Origin: a virus
Lineage: Duplodnaviria > Caudoviricetes
Virus record (IMG/VR): IMGVR_UViG_3300030372_004173
Location: 1 to 49,318 of that record
Reading direction: 5' to 3' (one strand)
DNA length: 49,318 bases
The notes under the pieces were generated by a model that saw nothing but the letters and a program-made list of their open reading frames with translations, made no database searches and was not told where the DNA came from. Within the stretch, counting starts at the first letter, position 1; each line of letters begins with the position of its first letter. A program made the translations under genes and the position numbers. Below, in pieces: positions 8,806 through 19,903 of this stretch.

Positions 8806-11243
8806 TGGCTGAACGAGACCTTCTCCCACAAGCTTTAAATTCATTCGGACCTCAAATCACCGGAGATATTGAGGATCTGTACGGGCTTCGCTCTGAAGAA
8901 TTTCTCAGGGGAATTGCCCCAGATGTCGCTAATCGAATCTACGGGCCTCGGACTCGTATTTCTCCGCAAGCAGCAGCCGAACTTAAGGTAGACCTGGCTA
9001 AGACTTACAAAGACCTGGCTAAGGTTTCTCAAGATGGCAGCACTGCTTCTGCCTCAGATCGAGTAAAGCTGGCAATAGCGGCCCTCCAAGCCGGGGCAAA
9101 GACAGAGGCCGCTAGCATTACCGCCCGTGCCGGCATTACTCGGATGGAAATGTCGGGTCAGTTTAACTTGGCTCTCGAGAACCTTAAGCAGGCAGACGAC
9201 GCCTTGGGCTCTTTGGGTCCGATCAGTACTGCTGATCGTGATGATGCCGCCCGTGTCGCTAATGCTGTGTCGGGCACAGCCTTGCTACAAGAACTCCCCC
9301 GAGCAGACTTGTTTGAAGTCGGTGCTGCTGGGACACAAGCTGGGCAAGATGCTGGCCTTCAAGCAGCGCAGGACGCAGCATATAATCAGATGCGTCAGAT
9401 AATCGCAGAAGACCCTGATCCAGAACGGGTTGCTCGGATCACAGCACAGGTTGCGACGACGATGGGCACTACTCCCGAACGCGTCAAAAACATGATGGTT
9501 AGGAAAGCCGGAGCCAGAGGTGACCGTGCTGAGAATGTGATGGTAACCGAAGCTTACGAGGGGGAAGCAAGCACGTCTGCTATGGAAGCTCTTGCTCGTT
9601 ATGAGCGCAGTACCCTAGACGCGCAATCTGCACTCCAAGCAGGGGCGAGAAAACCTGGGGGTACTGGCGCACAGTCTTTCCTAAACATCGGCCTGGCCGC
9701 ACTCGAACCAGGCCCAGCCGGTGTGCAGGTCGATAATGACACACTTCGTTCTTTGGGCGTTACCGCAGAACAACTCCAAGACCCTAACGCGACAAACGAC
9801 ATCCAATCCGCTGCTCAAGCACAGATCGAAAATCTGTTTACTGCAATTGATGATGGCGCTGCTGCAACCCCCTACATGCAGCAGAAGGTCGACGCAATCA
9901 AAGAAAGCGCTCGAATCGAGGGCTCGGAGTTTCGAGAATTTTTAAAGCAGTCTGGTTTGGACCCTGACAGCCCCGCTGCTGTCGATGTCGGGTTTCAGCT
10001 TTTAGAAGATGAATACGCAGAAGTTCGCAAGTATGAGACTCGTCAGGCAAAGATGCAGGCAAACGTCGCACGCAGACAACGCCGTCTACAGCGAGCAGCC
10101 CAGCGCCAACGGGACGCTGAAGGAGAACTGGCCGCTGGAACTGTGCAAGCGGGTCCGGATCCCATGATGCCCATCGACCAAGAATTGGAGATGATGGAGC
10201 AACAAGCTCTTCAGCGTCAAGGACAAACCGCCCCAGCAGCCGAAGCTCCAGCAGCCGAAGCCCCCGCAGCCCCCGATCCAGAAGAAGCAGATCTTGTACA
10301 GCGTGGACTAATCCTCGAAGGGACCAAGATTATCCCACTGGGAAAATTAGAAGGCGACAACACATACGAGTATGCGTTCGATGCTGCTACAAATGAGTTT
10401 ATTGGTTATCAGCCCGGACAAGATCCTCAGACAGGCAATCGGTTTAGCCTTGAGACATTTGCTGAAGGAGGAACTAATCCTCGCCTTGTAAGCTCTTTAG
10501 CAAACGCCGCCGCTTCTCGAGTTGCAGAAGCTCAAGGACCGGCTCCCCAAGAAGCTCCAACACAAGAGGCTCAGGGCGCTGATCCCGCTGTCCAGCGTGA
10601 AGGAATTGGAGTCCGTAGGTCACAAACGGAGAACATGCAGACGATTGAAAAGCGTCTTCGCGCTGCCGCTCGAGCAGCAAGAAAACGTGGTAACGAGGAG
10701 TCCGCAAATAATCTTGAGGAAGAAGCCGACAGGTATCTAACCTTGGAATCGGGCGTTGTTTACCGAGACGAAGAAGCACGGGCCCAGGGCGTAGGAACTG
10801 GGTTCGAACAAGAAGAAGCGCTTCCCGGTGATGAGCGATTTTCGATAGGGGCCATTCCAGAGGATGTGGACCAATACGAGGTGCCAGAAGAGAAGCAAAC
10901 ATTAGAAGATTTGATTCCAGAAGATCAGCCTTCTCAGCCGATACAAACACGTCTTCGGCCCCAACCTTTAGAGCCAATCGAAAATCTACTTCGTACAGAA
11001 GAAGAAAAAGCAGAAATGGAAGAAGCAAATCCTCCGGAGTTTGAGGGGCAGCCTGGAACGGAGCCTACTCTTTCTCAGTTTGAAAGATCTAGGTCTCTCA
11101 TGGGACTCCCAGCAGGATTTATTCCGCAAACAAATAAACCCGCTTCTGCTGGAAATACGGGCTCTTTGCAAGAAGCAGCAGCTAAACGGCTCGAAGAAAT
11201 GAAAAAACGCAAAGAACAATCTTCGGCAGGGGCCGCCCAGTAA
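8805..11243 (+). CDS. Putative ejection/internal virion protein (medium)
   Basis: 812 aa, acidic and Ala/Gln/Glu-rich; TAATG coupling at both ends. Confidence 0.55.
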   Translation: MAERDLLPQALNSFGPQITGDIEDLYGLRSEEFLRGIAPDVANRIYGPRTRISPQAAAELKVDLAKTYKDLAKVSQDGSTASASDRVKLAIAALQAGAKTEAASITARAGITRMEMSGQFNLALENLKQADDALGSLGPISTADRDDAARVANAVSGTALLQELPRADLFEVGAAGTQAGQDAGLQAAQDAAYNQMRQIIAEDPDPERVARITAQVATTMGTTPERVKNMMVRKAGARGDRAENVMVTEAYEGEASTSAMEALARYERSTLDAQSALQAGARKPGGTGAQSFLNIGLAALEPGPAGVQVDNDTLRSLGVTAEQLQDPNATNDIQSAAQAQIENLFTAIDDGAAATPYMQQKVDAIKESARIEGSEFREFLKQSGLDPDSPAAVDVGFQLLEDEYAEVRKYETRQAKMQANVARRQRRLQRAAQRQRDAEGELAAGTVQAGPDPMMPIDQELEMMEQQALQRQGQTAPAAEAPAAEAPAAPDPEEADLVQRGLILEGTKIIPLGKLEGDNTYEYAFDAATNEFIGYQPGQDPQTGNRFSLETFAEGGTNPRLVSSLANAAASRVAEAQGPAPQEAPTQEAQGADPAVQREGIGVRRSQTENMQTIEKRLRAAARAARKRGNEESANNLEEEADRYLTLESGVVYRDEEARAQGVGTGFEQEEALPGDERFSIGAIPEDVDQYEVPEEKQTLEDLIPEDQPSQPIQTRLRPQPLEPIENLLRTEEEKAEMEEANPPEFEGQPGTEPTLSQFERSRSLMGLPAGFIPQTNKPASAGNTGSLQEAAAKRLEEMKKRKEQSSAGAAQ

Positions 11244-14200
11244 TGGCAGATCCGCAGGACTATCAGCTAGGGTTTACAACCTCGGGCCTCCCTTTCTTGG
11301 AAGGGAAGAAGGGTGAGAGCGTCCAGGCATTGACTCCTACGCAAGCAAGGAAACGGCTAAACGAGCTTTTACTACAACAGGGCGACACACCCAACACTAC
11401 TCGTCCTGCTCCTCGCCCTCGCACAGGCCCACAGCTTCCTGTGACTCCTGCGGTTTCTGCCCCTCCGGTACAACCCGTACAACCTGCACAACCTGCACAA
11501 CCCGTACAGCCTGTTCCCGAGGCTCTCCAAGAGCCTATAGAAGCTGTGCGGCAACGATTACCAGGACGCTTAATCGGTTCTCTTCCTGGACTACAAGGAT
11601 CTCCAGCCGCTTCCCTTCTTCTCCAACAATCCGGGCTCACCGACCGTAAACGGCCTGCCGGACCAATTATCCCAGAAGAAGAGATGGAAAGAGCCCTTGA
11701 GGGTGTTGAGGGCGCAGAAGACTTGTCCGAAGCTGGCCGACGCTTTGAGTATTATCAAAGGACACGGACTCCTCCGCAAGGCTGGAACCCCACCCCTGCT
11801 GAGACCGGCTCTCTTCTCCGAGAAGGGCTGGTGACGGATGCAGACCTAAAGGGGCAGGGGAATCGGCAGATTATTTGGGATGCTCTCCGAGCACAGCAGA
11901 CCGGCCCGCTGCAAGTTGCCGCCCGCCTTCGGGCCTTAAATGTCGTACAGCAAGAAGCGGTAGCTCCAGGGGAAAGAGCAGTCCGGCAGCGTCTATACAA
12001 GAGAGGATTAGCCTTTTCAGAACTGGGCTCTTCGCTTGATTGGTACGGCAATCTCGCAAAGCTTGAAGATGAGTATTACACCTACTTGGGCGAAGAACGG
12101 ATAGAGGAAGGAAAGGGTCCAATTGAAGACGCCTCTCCTGAAGAGCAAGAAGAGTTTAAACGAACGGTCGCATTCCGCGCAGCCCAGACACTCCAGAGCA
12201 TTGCTTCTGCTTCTGGGCTTTCTGTTTCCGATGTAAACAACCCCGAGATTCAAAAGAACATTGAATGGTGGTGGGCTGGACTCGAACCGTACAGGGCCAT
12301 TTTTTCTCCGGTGACTTTCTTTGAGCCGTCGCCCGGAGGAGGTCTTGCCGTTTCTCCTGAAGAAGCGGTTTACAATATAGGAGAACCTCGGTACATCCCC
12401 CAGGCCCAAGAAGCGTACGGATCTTTACAGAAGTTCGCTATGTTTGCTTCCTTAGTCGGAACTCCTGTCGCTGCCATGATGGAGTCTGGCGAAAGTTGGA
12501 GAGATGATCAAACGATTGCAGCTATTCGAGAAGGGCGTGCTGACCCGTTCGATCACCTCGATAAGTTTGGCTACCTGCTCACAGGAGACGAGGACAGCAG
12601 ATTCAACAAAGTTTTGGGCACATCGCTCTTAACCGTAGGTCTTTTGCTTGAGCCCGAACCCTTTACTGCACTCTTGTCTGTTCCAGCCGCAGGAAGAAAA
12701 GCGATAGCTTACGCTATGCGGAAAAGAAACCTGACCCGCCCCGAACGAGTGCTTAGTCGAGAATTGACAAAGCTAAGGGAGGGAAGAGTAACTGAACAAC
12801 AATTCCTCGAAAATGTCCGAGAGGCCGGAGAACCCGCTCTTGCGGATTTTCTCAGTACAATGGGACAACAATCCCTCGGTGTAATGGGATCAAATCGTAC
12901 GGCTTTTGCCAAATTTAATAGATATATTGAAGGGTTAGAGCAAAAAGCAGTAGAGTCCCAAAGAAAATTGGTAGAGCTTTCGGGAGAATCTGCGTCTGCG
13001 AGCCAGCGAGCGTCTGTGGCACAAGCCCAACTTCAAGCTCTAGAAGACGCCGAAAACCTCGCGATGGCAACGATGGTGAGGGAAAGAGCGCTCCTTGATG
13101 CGACTCTTGGGCTTCGAGGATTGACCCCGGAAGAAGCGGCACGCGTTGTTGATCCCAAGGATCTTAAACGATCTAAATACACTGCGGATTCTCGGTACCG
13201 AGATATCACAGAACGTCGAGGAAGGGCACTCGAACGTGAAGCAAACAAAGCACAGAAACAATATGACGCAGGTCTTCGAAGCTTAAATCGCGAAAATCAA
13301 CAAGTGGGTAGAGCCCTTCAAGATATCCTGGGCACTGAAGTTCCGGCTGCTGGCCGAACATCAACAGGCCGAGTCTCAGCCCGTTGGTATCCAGTTGTGA
13401 CTACCGACTCTGCTGGCGCTGTTCGAATTGCGGATAGCGTACCTACAGTCACGGGCGCGGATATTGTTGCAGTTTGGGATAATACTGCGGGCAAATGGAT
13501 AGAACCCACTGGGATTAATCCCAATCGAGTTTACGGAGGAAAACGGGGGGGACCACTTCAAATTGAAAACATCTCAGCAGGCCCAAGCAGCCAACGAAGG
13601 CGTCCGGCTGGATCTGCATCTCTCCCCGAAGCCTCGAATCGAAAATACGATCTTTGGTTTGATGTTGTTGACGGCTCGGGCAATCGGTTTCGAGTCCGGC
13701 ATCCCGTCTCTCGGTCAAGTTGGGGCCGCCGCGCAGACGCCCGAAAACTACAAAGAGAAGGGTTTGGAATTGACGTTAGACAAGCCCAGGCTTTGAACAA
13801 CGCATCACGCCTTCGGGCCGAAAAGCTTAAGGAGTTTGGACCTATCGCCGCTGCCCGCGACATCGCTGTGTCTAGACGAAAAGCATTCATGGTTGCTGTA
13901 GACGAAGCTGAAAAGGGGACGACGGCTGCTTCTCGAATCAGAGCTTGGCGTAACTCACGGAATAGGTACGAGTCAGCAAGCCGAACCCGGAAAGAAGCCG
14001 CTAAGAAAGCCGGAAAAGCGGCCAGAGAAAAGACTAGTGCAGCTTCTCGAATCAGAACTCAAGTGATCAAGTTTGCAGAAAGAGAAGCGGATATTGCGGC
14101 CTCAAAGGCTCAAAGAGAAGTGTTGGGCGAAATTAGCGGTAAGGTTGAGCAAGGGCTGGGGGATCTTCAAAAGATCTTAAAAGAACGTACTGGCGGAATC

Positions 14201-17200
14201 TTAGGGGCTACATTCCGGCGTGGCCTCAACGATATTATTGATTACCAAAAGCTGCGTCCTGAAGAAGTTCGAGAAGCTGTCCAAAACATCGTCACGAAGA
14301 AAATCAAAGACACTAAGGATGGTGGAGGCGTTATCCGGTCGGATGGCTTTAAGTCAGGGCTAGAGATGCAATACATGCAGGCTCCGAACGCAACTCGGGA
14401 GACAGCAGAGCAGGCTCTCGAACTTCTCAAGGGCAGGAGTCCTGTAGCTAAGAAAGTCTTAGATGCTGCCGAAGAAGGCAAACGTGTGTCCCTAACAGGG
14501 GAGGAGATTGCAGACCTTCAGCAAGCAACATCTGAGTGGGTCTCTAAGACTTGGAAAATGCGCCAGAACTCAGGCCCCCTAAGTTACGGGAGCGCGTTGC
14601 AGAGAGAGCGTGATTACTATGCTCGCCTTCCCGCAACATCACTTAAACAGAGCGTAGGAAATTGGTTTAGGAGAAGGGCGACCAAGAAAGTCAAAGATCC
14701 AGTGACCGCTGCCCGCGCTCTTAAGATGCGGCAGTTAGGCGTTACTGATGAAGAGATCGCGGACGTTTACATTGCGGCTTCGAACCTTTACGACTTGGGC
14801 ATGGACGAACTTCTCGCGGCTACTAACTTTGGAAAAATGGGCCCTGAGAACGCCACACAAAACATGATCAAGCTGATGGACAATGAGGAAAGACTTGTCC
14901 TAAGAACTACTGAAAGCCGTCTTACTCCCGAATCTCTTGTATCCGAAGAGACCCAAAAGCTCGACGACCTCCTCGGGCTCGACTCGCGTTTTATAGGTGC
15001 TAAGGCTTCTCTTCTGGACGACCTTCGCGTTGTGCCCCTTCGAGGGTTGAGTGATAAAGCTTTTTATGAAAAGAGGCTTAAGCTCGCAGAAAGCTTAGGC
15101 GTTCCAGTAGATGAAATTGATCCAGCACTTGTTCACCGAGCATTAGATGAGGCCGCAAATGACCAGAGCACTCGTGCTCTCGAAACTATCGCATTCGCTT
15201 TCTACCCCCCGGCGATCAACGTAGAACAGGGGACCGGCGCAAAACTTACTTACGCTGCGCTTGAGATCCTACGAGGGAAAAGAGCGGCGGACGGCACATT
15301 CAAAGGGGGCGCTAAGACTTTCCGAGAGTTCTCGACTCGAATGATTGAAGCCACTCGAAGGATTACGGGAGGAGCAGACGATAGCGCCCGTGCTTACGCG
15401 ATGGCATCTACAGGATTTACTGGGGCTGCTGTTACTGGTTACGCTAAGACTTTAGCAGCACGAGTTACTTATGCGCCGATTACCCCAGACCAGGCGGTTG
15501 CTCTAAATAGACTTTTAGTGGGCAATCCCACAACCGTAGTAGATTCGTCCAAAAAGGGATACGCGGCATATGCTTTGACCGGAAAGCAAATTGATGAAGG
15601 CATCGAAGCTCTTGCCCAGCTTGGGGTTCCCCTTACCGAACGGGGAGTTAAGCTGTGGTTTAAAGATGGAAGGATAAAGGGCGAAGTCGCAGAGACTGTA
15701 AAAGAGTTGGTTCGAGTCGGAAGTGACCCTTCTGCTAACCCATACATGATTCGCGGGTTGTTGGATCAATTAGACTCCCTTACTCAAGGCGCCACGAAGA
15801 AGCTCACGGGCTTTAATCCACTAAAACCTGAGATGAATTTAGCGGAAGCGGCGTTTATGAAGACCCAGAACTCTTGGGATTTTCTAAACTCCGCGTGGAG
15901 AACGTCACTCACTACGGGCATTTTGTACCCAAACCCCGCTTACTGGGCCAACAACGTTATGGGAGATTTCTCCCAAATGTGGTTCGAGACGGGGCTAACG
16001 ACTGCGGCTCGCTTGTCTTTTAACAACTTCGCCAACAACATCCCGGTTTGGGGACGAGGGCTTGCAGAACGACAAGCCCAGATGCAGGCTTGGGCAGCGA
16101 AAAAAGGGGCTGACGCTCTTCCTTCTCCTCTCGAAGTTACCGTGAATCCCTACCTGGGCAAACTCCTCAAGGGTGATGACTTCGTAGTAGTTGCCCGAGA
16201 TGGTACTCGTATCCGAGGCTCAGACTTGATGCGAGAGGCCATCGAAGATGGAATCTACGCAACCCAAGTCAATCAGGAGTTGTTCACTCTCTTTAAAAAA
16301 GAGCTTGAGAAAAACGGGTGGTCTAAGACTTGGAAAGAAAGCTTTGGAGCAGCCGTAAAGGGCGATGCTCGAATTACGCAGCTTATTGCAGATCACGCAA
16401 ACTTAGTCCAACAGCGGCAGAGAATGGCTCTGTATGCAGACTTTCGAATGAAAGGCCTGTCTCGAATAGAGGCCAGACGCCGGACTCTTGACGCGCTGTA
16501 TGATTGGAAAGACGGGGTATCTGCTCTTGAAATCAACACGTTTGTCCGACTTTCTCCTTTTTACCGATTCTGGAGACTGGGCTTACGGCAGATGTCCGGC
16601 GCTTTCTTAGAGCCTGTGACTAAGCCGATTACAACTCAGCTTCTTAAGTCCCTAAAAGGGCAAACCAAAGCTGCTCGGACTAAGCAGCAAATCCTGCTGT
16701 TTGGTGGAATGCCCGAAATCTTTGGGTATGGCGACATGAGTAATGCAGACTCTGAAGCTAGTATCATGGCTGATTTCTATGCGTTCAAATACCCGAATTA
16801 CCTGGATAGCAAGGTTATCGGTACGTTCTCGGCAATGCCGTCTGACAAGAACTGGAGAGACTGGTACATCCGAGAGACTGGCGTAAACTACGATTCTATC
16901 GCTCGTGTTCTTCCTACAGCAACGATCTTAGACCTTGCTTCACTGATGAGCAGTACTTTCCAAGGGCTCTACCACATAGGCACAAAAGTTACAGGCAAAG
17001 AGCCTTTCGGAAAAGCCCCACCGAATTGGGCATCGCAAGCTACTGAACCCTGGGTTCAGCAACTCAGTCCTCCAATCCAACAGGCTACTCGATCTGTCTT
17101 AGCTGGAGCAGGGGTGCCTACAGAATACTATTCAAGTAACGGACAGATTAAACTGAGCTTAGGCGCACAAGAAGTTGTACTTGGTATTGATAAAGTCCTG

Positions 17201-17572
17201 GGTGGCATTCCGCTTACAAACGGACTGTTTGGGCTTCCTATTTCAGACGAGCCCGATCCCAATTCGGGCAAGTACACAATGAATAAGTACGCATACCTTA
17301 TGTTAGAACTTCTTACTGCTCCTACAGGAGGTCTCCTGACTCAGACTCCTCGGTATATCAAAGCAGCGAAAAACCCAGCTTGGGAAGATAGTTGGCAAGA
17401 GGGCGTACAGTGGATGCTGCAATCCCTATTCCGTGTAGGAGCACCAACTCCATACTCGGGCAAGAAGGGATTAGAAATGGCGATGAGAAAGGTGGACCGT
17501 GCGTTCTCTGAAAGAGAAACCGCAGACGTCTTCAAACAGTTTGAGGATCCTCGCGATCCAAATTTGAGATAA
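11243..17572 (+). CDS. Large ejection/internal virion protein
   Basis: 2109 aa, largely helical. The C-terminal region (NPAYWANNVMGD; LYDW...LSPFYRFW) resembles large podovirus core proteins. Last gene of the tail operon. Confidence 0.65.
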   Translation: MADPQDYQLGFTTSGLPFLEGKKGESVQALTPTQARKRLNELLLQQGDTPNTTRPAPRPRTGPQLPVTPAVSAPPVQPVQPAQPAQPVQPVPEALQEPIEAVRQRLPGRLIGSLPGLQGSPAASLLLQQSGLTDRKRPAGPIIPEEEMERALEGVEGAEDLSEAGRRFEYYQRTRTPPQGWNPTPAETGSLLREGLVTDADLKGQGNRQIIWDALRAQQTGPLQVAARLRALNVVQQEAVAPGERAVRQRLYKRGLAFSELGSSLDWYGNLAKLEDEYYTYLGEERIEEGKGPIEDASPEEQEEFKRTVAFRAAQTLQSIASASGLSVSDVNNPEIQKNIEWWWAGLEPYRAIFSPVTFFEPSPGGGLAVSPEEAVYNIGEPRYIPQAQEAYGSLQKFAMFASLVGTPVAAMMESGESWRDDQTIAAIREGRADPFDHLDKFGYLLTGDEDSRFNKVLGTSLLTVGLLLEPEPFTALLSVPAAGRKAIAYAMRKRNLTRPERVLSRELTKLREGRVTEQQFLENVREAGEPALADFLSTMGQQSLGVMGSNRTAFAKFNRYIEGLEQKAVESQRKLVELSGESASASQRASVAQAQLQALEDAENLAMATMVRERALLDATLGLRGLTPEEAARVVDPKDLKRSKYTADSRYRDITERRGRALEREANKAQKQYDAGLRSLNRENQQVGRALQDILGTEVPAAGRTSTGRVSARWYPVVTTDSAGAVRIADSVPTVTGADIVAVWDNTAGKWIEPTGINPNRVYGGKRGGPLQIENISAGPSSQRRRPAGSASLPEASNRKYDLWFDVVDGSGNRFRVRHPVSRSSWGRRADARKLQREGFGIDVRQAQALNNASRLRAEKLKEFGPIAAARDIAVSRRKAFMVAVDEAEKGTTAASRIRAWRNSRNRYESASRTRKEAAKKAGKAAREKTSAASRIRTQVIKFAEREADIAASKAQREVLGEISGKVEQGLGDLQKILKERTGGILGATFRRGLNDIIDYQKLRPEEVREAVQNIVTKKIKDTKDGGGVIRSDGFKSGLEMQYMQAPNATRETAEQALELLKGRSPVAKKVLDAAEEGKRVSLTGEEIADLQQATSEWVSKTWKMRQNSGPLSYGSALQRERDYYARLPATSLKQSVGNWFRRRATKKVKDPVTAARALKMRQLGVTDEEIADVYIAASNLYDLGMDELLAATNFGKMGPENATQNMIKLMDNEERLVLRTTESRLTPESLVSEETQKLDDLLGLDSRFIGAKASLLDDLRVVPLRGLSDKAFYEKRLKLAESLGVPVDEIDPALVHRALDEAANDQSTRALETIAFAFYPPAINVEQGTGAKLTYAALEILRGKRAADGTFKGGAKTFREFSTRMIEATRRITGGADDSARAYAMASTGFTGAAVTGYAKTLAARVTYAPITPDQAVALNRLLVGNPTTVVDSSKKGYAAYALTGKQIDEGIEALAQLGVPLTERGVKLWFKDGRIKGEVAETVKELVRVGSDPSANPYMIRGLLDQLDSLTQGATKKLTGFNPLKPEMNLAEAAFMKTQNSWDFLNSAWRTSLTTGILYPNPAYWANNVMGDFSQMWFETGLTTAARLSFNNFANNIPVWGRGLAERQAQMQAWAAKKGADALPSPLEVTVNPYLGKLLKGDDFVVVARDGTRIRGSDLMREAIEDGIYATQVNQELFTLFKKELEKNGWSKTWKESFGAAVKGDARITQLIADHANLVQQRQRMALYADFRMKGLSRIEARRRTLDALYDWKDGVSALEINTFVRLSPFYRFWRLGLRQMSGAFLEPVTKPITTQLLKSLKGQTKAARTKQQILLFGGMPEIFGYGDMSNADSEASIMADFYAFKYPNYLDSKVIGTFSAMPSDKNWRDWYIRETGVNYDSIARVLPTATILDLASLMSSTFQGLYHIGTKVTGKEPFGKAPPNWASQATEPWVQQLSPPIQQATRSVLAGAGVPTEYYSSNGQIKLSLGAQEVVLGIDKVLGGIPLTNGLFGLPISDEPDPNSGKYTMNKYAYLMLELLTAPTGGLLTQTPRYIKAAKNPAWEDSWQEGVQWMLQSLFRVGAPTPYSGKKGLEMAMRKVDRAFSERETADVFKQFEDPRDPNLR

Positions 17573-17577
17573 TCGTC

Positions 17578-17606
17578 TCGACAGGTTCGATATAAGATAG
17601 TAAGAT
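17578..17606 (+). promoter_or_regulatory. Putative sigma70-type promoter
   Basis: TCGACA-N17-TAAGAT in the 107-bp gap before 17680. Confidence 0.45.
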
Positions 17607-17679
17607 TTCAACAACTTCTGTGAAGAACAGAAGTCCTCACTGAAGATAGTTAGAGAAGACTCTAAATAGGAGAGTAAAA

Positions 17680-18147
17680 ATGCCAGTCATGAAGCAGAAG
17701 TCCATCCAGCCTGCTACAAACGTCCCGTACTCTGAGGGAATCCTCGTTACCAACGACACACCCAATACTATTCCTGCCGGACGTATGGTGACCTTCCAAC
17801 GTACCGTAGGAACCACGGCCACGTCTGGAGCCACGCTGACTGTCGAGCTTGCTGACGCTTCGTCTGCGGCTCGGTCCAAGAACCCACTTCTTGTTACTAA
17901 ACACGCGATTCCTTCCGGAAAACGCGGTGTTTGTCTGCCCTGGTCGATGCTTACTGGCCTCGACACCTCGGCTCTTGCCGTTGGCGCTAATGTTTATCTC
18001 TCCGCAGCCGCAAACTTGGGCGCTCCCAAACTCACTGCGGGCGCTGTCGGCGGTGGAGCAGATCGAATCATCGGAGTAGTATTCGAGTCTCATGCAACTA
18101 CAGGCCGTATCTTCTGTTGTCCGACCCTAATGGCTGGTCAGAACTAA
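17680..18147 (+). CDS. Second cement/decoration-like structural protein
   Basis: Gly/Ala/Thr-rich, LDTSALAVGANVYLS...RIIGVV pattern (DUF2190-like); SD AGGAG. Confidence 0.5.
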   Translation: MPVMKQKSIQPATNVPYSEGILVTNDTPNTIPAGRMVTFQRTVGTTATSGATLTVELADASSAARSKNPLLVTKHAIPSGKRGVCLPWSMLTGLDTSALAVGANVYLSAAANLGAPKLTAGAVGGGADRIIGVVFESHATTGRIFCCPTLMAGQN

Positions 18148-18159
18148 TAGAGGTGCCTA

Positions 18160-18516
18160 ATGGCTGGACCAGTAAACAGAAAAACCTGGATACGAATTTC
18201 AGGCTCTCGGACTGGGGATGGTGAGATTTCTCTCGCCAACGTCCCCATCCGGGGCTGGATTCGACGTGCTCGAGCAGCGGGAACGGGTAACCTCACCTTG
18301 TCTATTGGGGAGGCCTCTTCCCCTGGTACTTTCGGAACTGTCCTTGCCTATGGTTCGACAGCAACTCCAATTGACCAAGAAGAAGATCCTGGAATTTTCT
18401 ATCAAGTAGATCCCACTGCAACTGCTGGTAGTGTCGGCACTCTATATGCTGATGTGACGACGAGCAGCGCAGGAAGTGCGATCAATATCCAACTCGACAT
18501 CGAGCCCGCTAACTAG
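18160..18516 (+). CDS. Small beta-rich putative virion protein
   Basis: 118 aa, Gly/Thr/Ser-rich; SD GAGGT. Confidence 0.5.
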   Translation: MAGPVNRKTWIRISGSRTGDGEISLANVPIRGWIRRARAAGTGNLTLSIGEASSPGTFGTVLAYGSTATPIDQEEDPGIFYQVDPTATAGSVGTLYADVTTSSAGSAINIQLDIEPAN

Positions 18517-18524
18517 GGGGCTCA

Positions 18525-19598
18525 ATGGCTGAGATCTCAGGCTCAAGCTACCGATCTCGGGCAGAGGAGCGCATGCGGGAGAACGCTCGCAATGCGACCG
18601 CTCGTCTTGTGGAACAACGGAAAGAAGAAGAAGAAGAAGAGCGTCAGCGTAGAGAGCGGGCAATTCAGGAGCGACAAGAAAGGCGGCGCATTCGGTTGTC
18701 GCAAGATTTCTCTGAACCAGGCGTATTAGAAGCAAAGCTCCAACAGCAAGCCGAACAGTCGGGCCCAGAACGATCAAGGGTTCGACAAGAGCAACGCCTT
18801 AGAGAACTTCGCCAATCCCCAAGAGAACGGGGCATGGCCTCTTCCGCAGAGTCTGAAGAAATAAAAGGGTTGATAGAGTCGATTGGCCGCACCCCTCCCG
18901 TCCTTCTTCCAGGCGAGCGTATGTTGAAAGAAGCAAAAGAAGATTTTGGCAACCGTTTTCACCCCCTGCCTCCTCCAGCAACGTCTGTTGGAGAATTCCT
19001 CACTCTGCCTATAGCTTTTGCTTTCAACCAGTATGAGCTAAACAAGAAGGCTATTGAACACGGGGATAAACCTTACGAAGACCAAATTCGAGAGACGATC
19101 TTTGGGTCGGGCAGAGAAGAATACGGCCACCCCGAACCTGGAACTTCGATCAAGGGATTGCTTAAAAAACCGCCTCATCCAACTTTCCGGCGAGAATACG
19201 TTAATGCGTACAACGAATTCTCCAATCAAATTCGAGAGGGTCAGTTTATTCCCCGAGGCGTAGATGTACGAGAATTTGATGTAGCCCTCGACGAAGCGGA
19301 GCAAGCCCTCTTGGCTAAACTAGACCGCCGGGCACAAGGCTTATACTATACGTTTGTACTGGGGGGAAATCCGACAAGGCGATACATACCAGCACAAGAA
19401 ATGTTGGATGCATACAGCAATGGCCGTCCTGACGAATTCAACAAGTTTGTCCGAGAATTAGCTCGAATTCAAGCCCGCAGACAGGCAAAAGCTGACTTCT
19501 ATCAAGTATTTGGCGCCCAAGAGGATGAGGTTGAGTATCTTCAAAGCGAAAGGGACCGAGCGGCTAAACGCGCAGCCGAACGCAGGAGTCTCCGATAA
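18525..19598 (+). CDS. Hypothetical protein with charged coiled-coil N-terminus
   Basis: 357-aa ORF, Glu/Arg-rich N-terminus, coupled to the next gene. Confidence 0.6.
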   Translation: MAEISGSSYRSRAEERMRENARNATARLVEQRKEEEEEERQRRERAIQERQERRRIRLSQDFSEPGVLEAKLQQQAEQSGPERSRVRQEQRLRELRQSPRERGMASSAESEEIKGLIESIGRTPPVLLPGERMLKEAKEDFGNRFHPLPPPATSVGEFLTLPIAFAFNQYELNKKAIEHGDKPYEDQIRETIFGSGREEYGHPEPGTSIKGLLKKPPHPTFRREYVNAYNEFSNQIREGQFIPRGVDVREFDVALDEAEQALLAKLDRRAQGLYYTFVLGGNPTRRYIPAQEMLDAYSNGRPDEFNKFVRELARIQARRQAKADFYQVFGAQEDEVEYLQSERDRAAKRAAERRSLR

Positions 19599-19903
19599 TG
19601 AAATGCCCTGGGCACAAAGACAAAGAAAAACGAGACTATAAGTGTGAGAACAAAGCTTATGGTTCTCGTCCTGATCAGAAGAAGCGTCGTGCCGCCCGGA
19701 ACAAGGCTCGGTCGGATGCTGAGAAGAAAGGACTTGTCCGTAAGGGTGATGGGAAAGACGTCCACCACACTCAACCAAATGGAGATCTAAGAAAATCTCC
19801 GGTCGTGGTAATCTCAGCTTCAGTTAATAGGAGTATGAGTGCGCCCCAGAATCTTAGAAAGATGAGAAACAGGGTAGCAAAGAAACACGCGAGGAAGTCA
19901 TAA
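19598..19903 (+). CDS. Small basic HNH-like protein
   Basis: GDGKDVHH...NG...SASVNRS motif characteristic of small phage HNH proteins. Confidence 0.6.
   Translation: MKCPGHKDKEKRDYKCENKAYGSRPDQKKRRAARNKARSDAEKKGLVRKGDGKDVHHTQPNGDLRKSPVVVISASVNRSMSAPQNLRKMRNRVAKKHARKS

Noticed and set aside
10228-11515. Short tandem repeats (APAAE x3, PVQ/PAQ)
   Set aside because: In-frame low-complexity protein linkers with synonymous variation.
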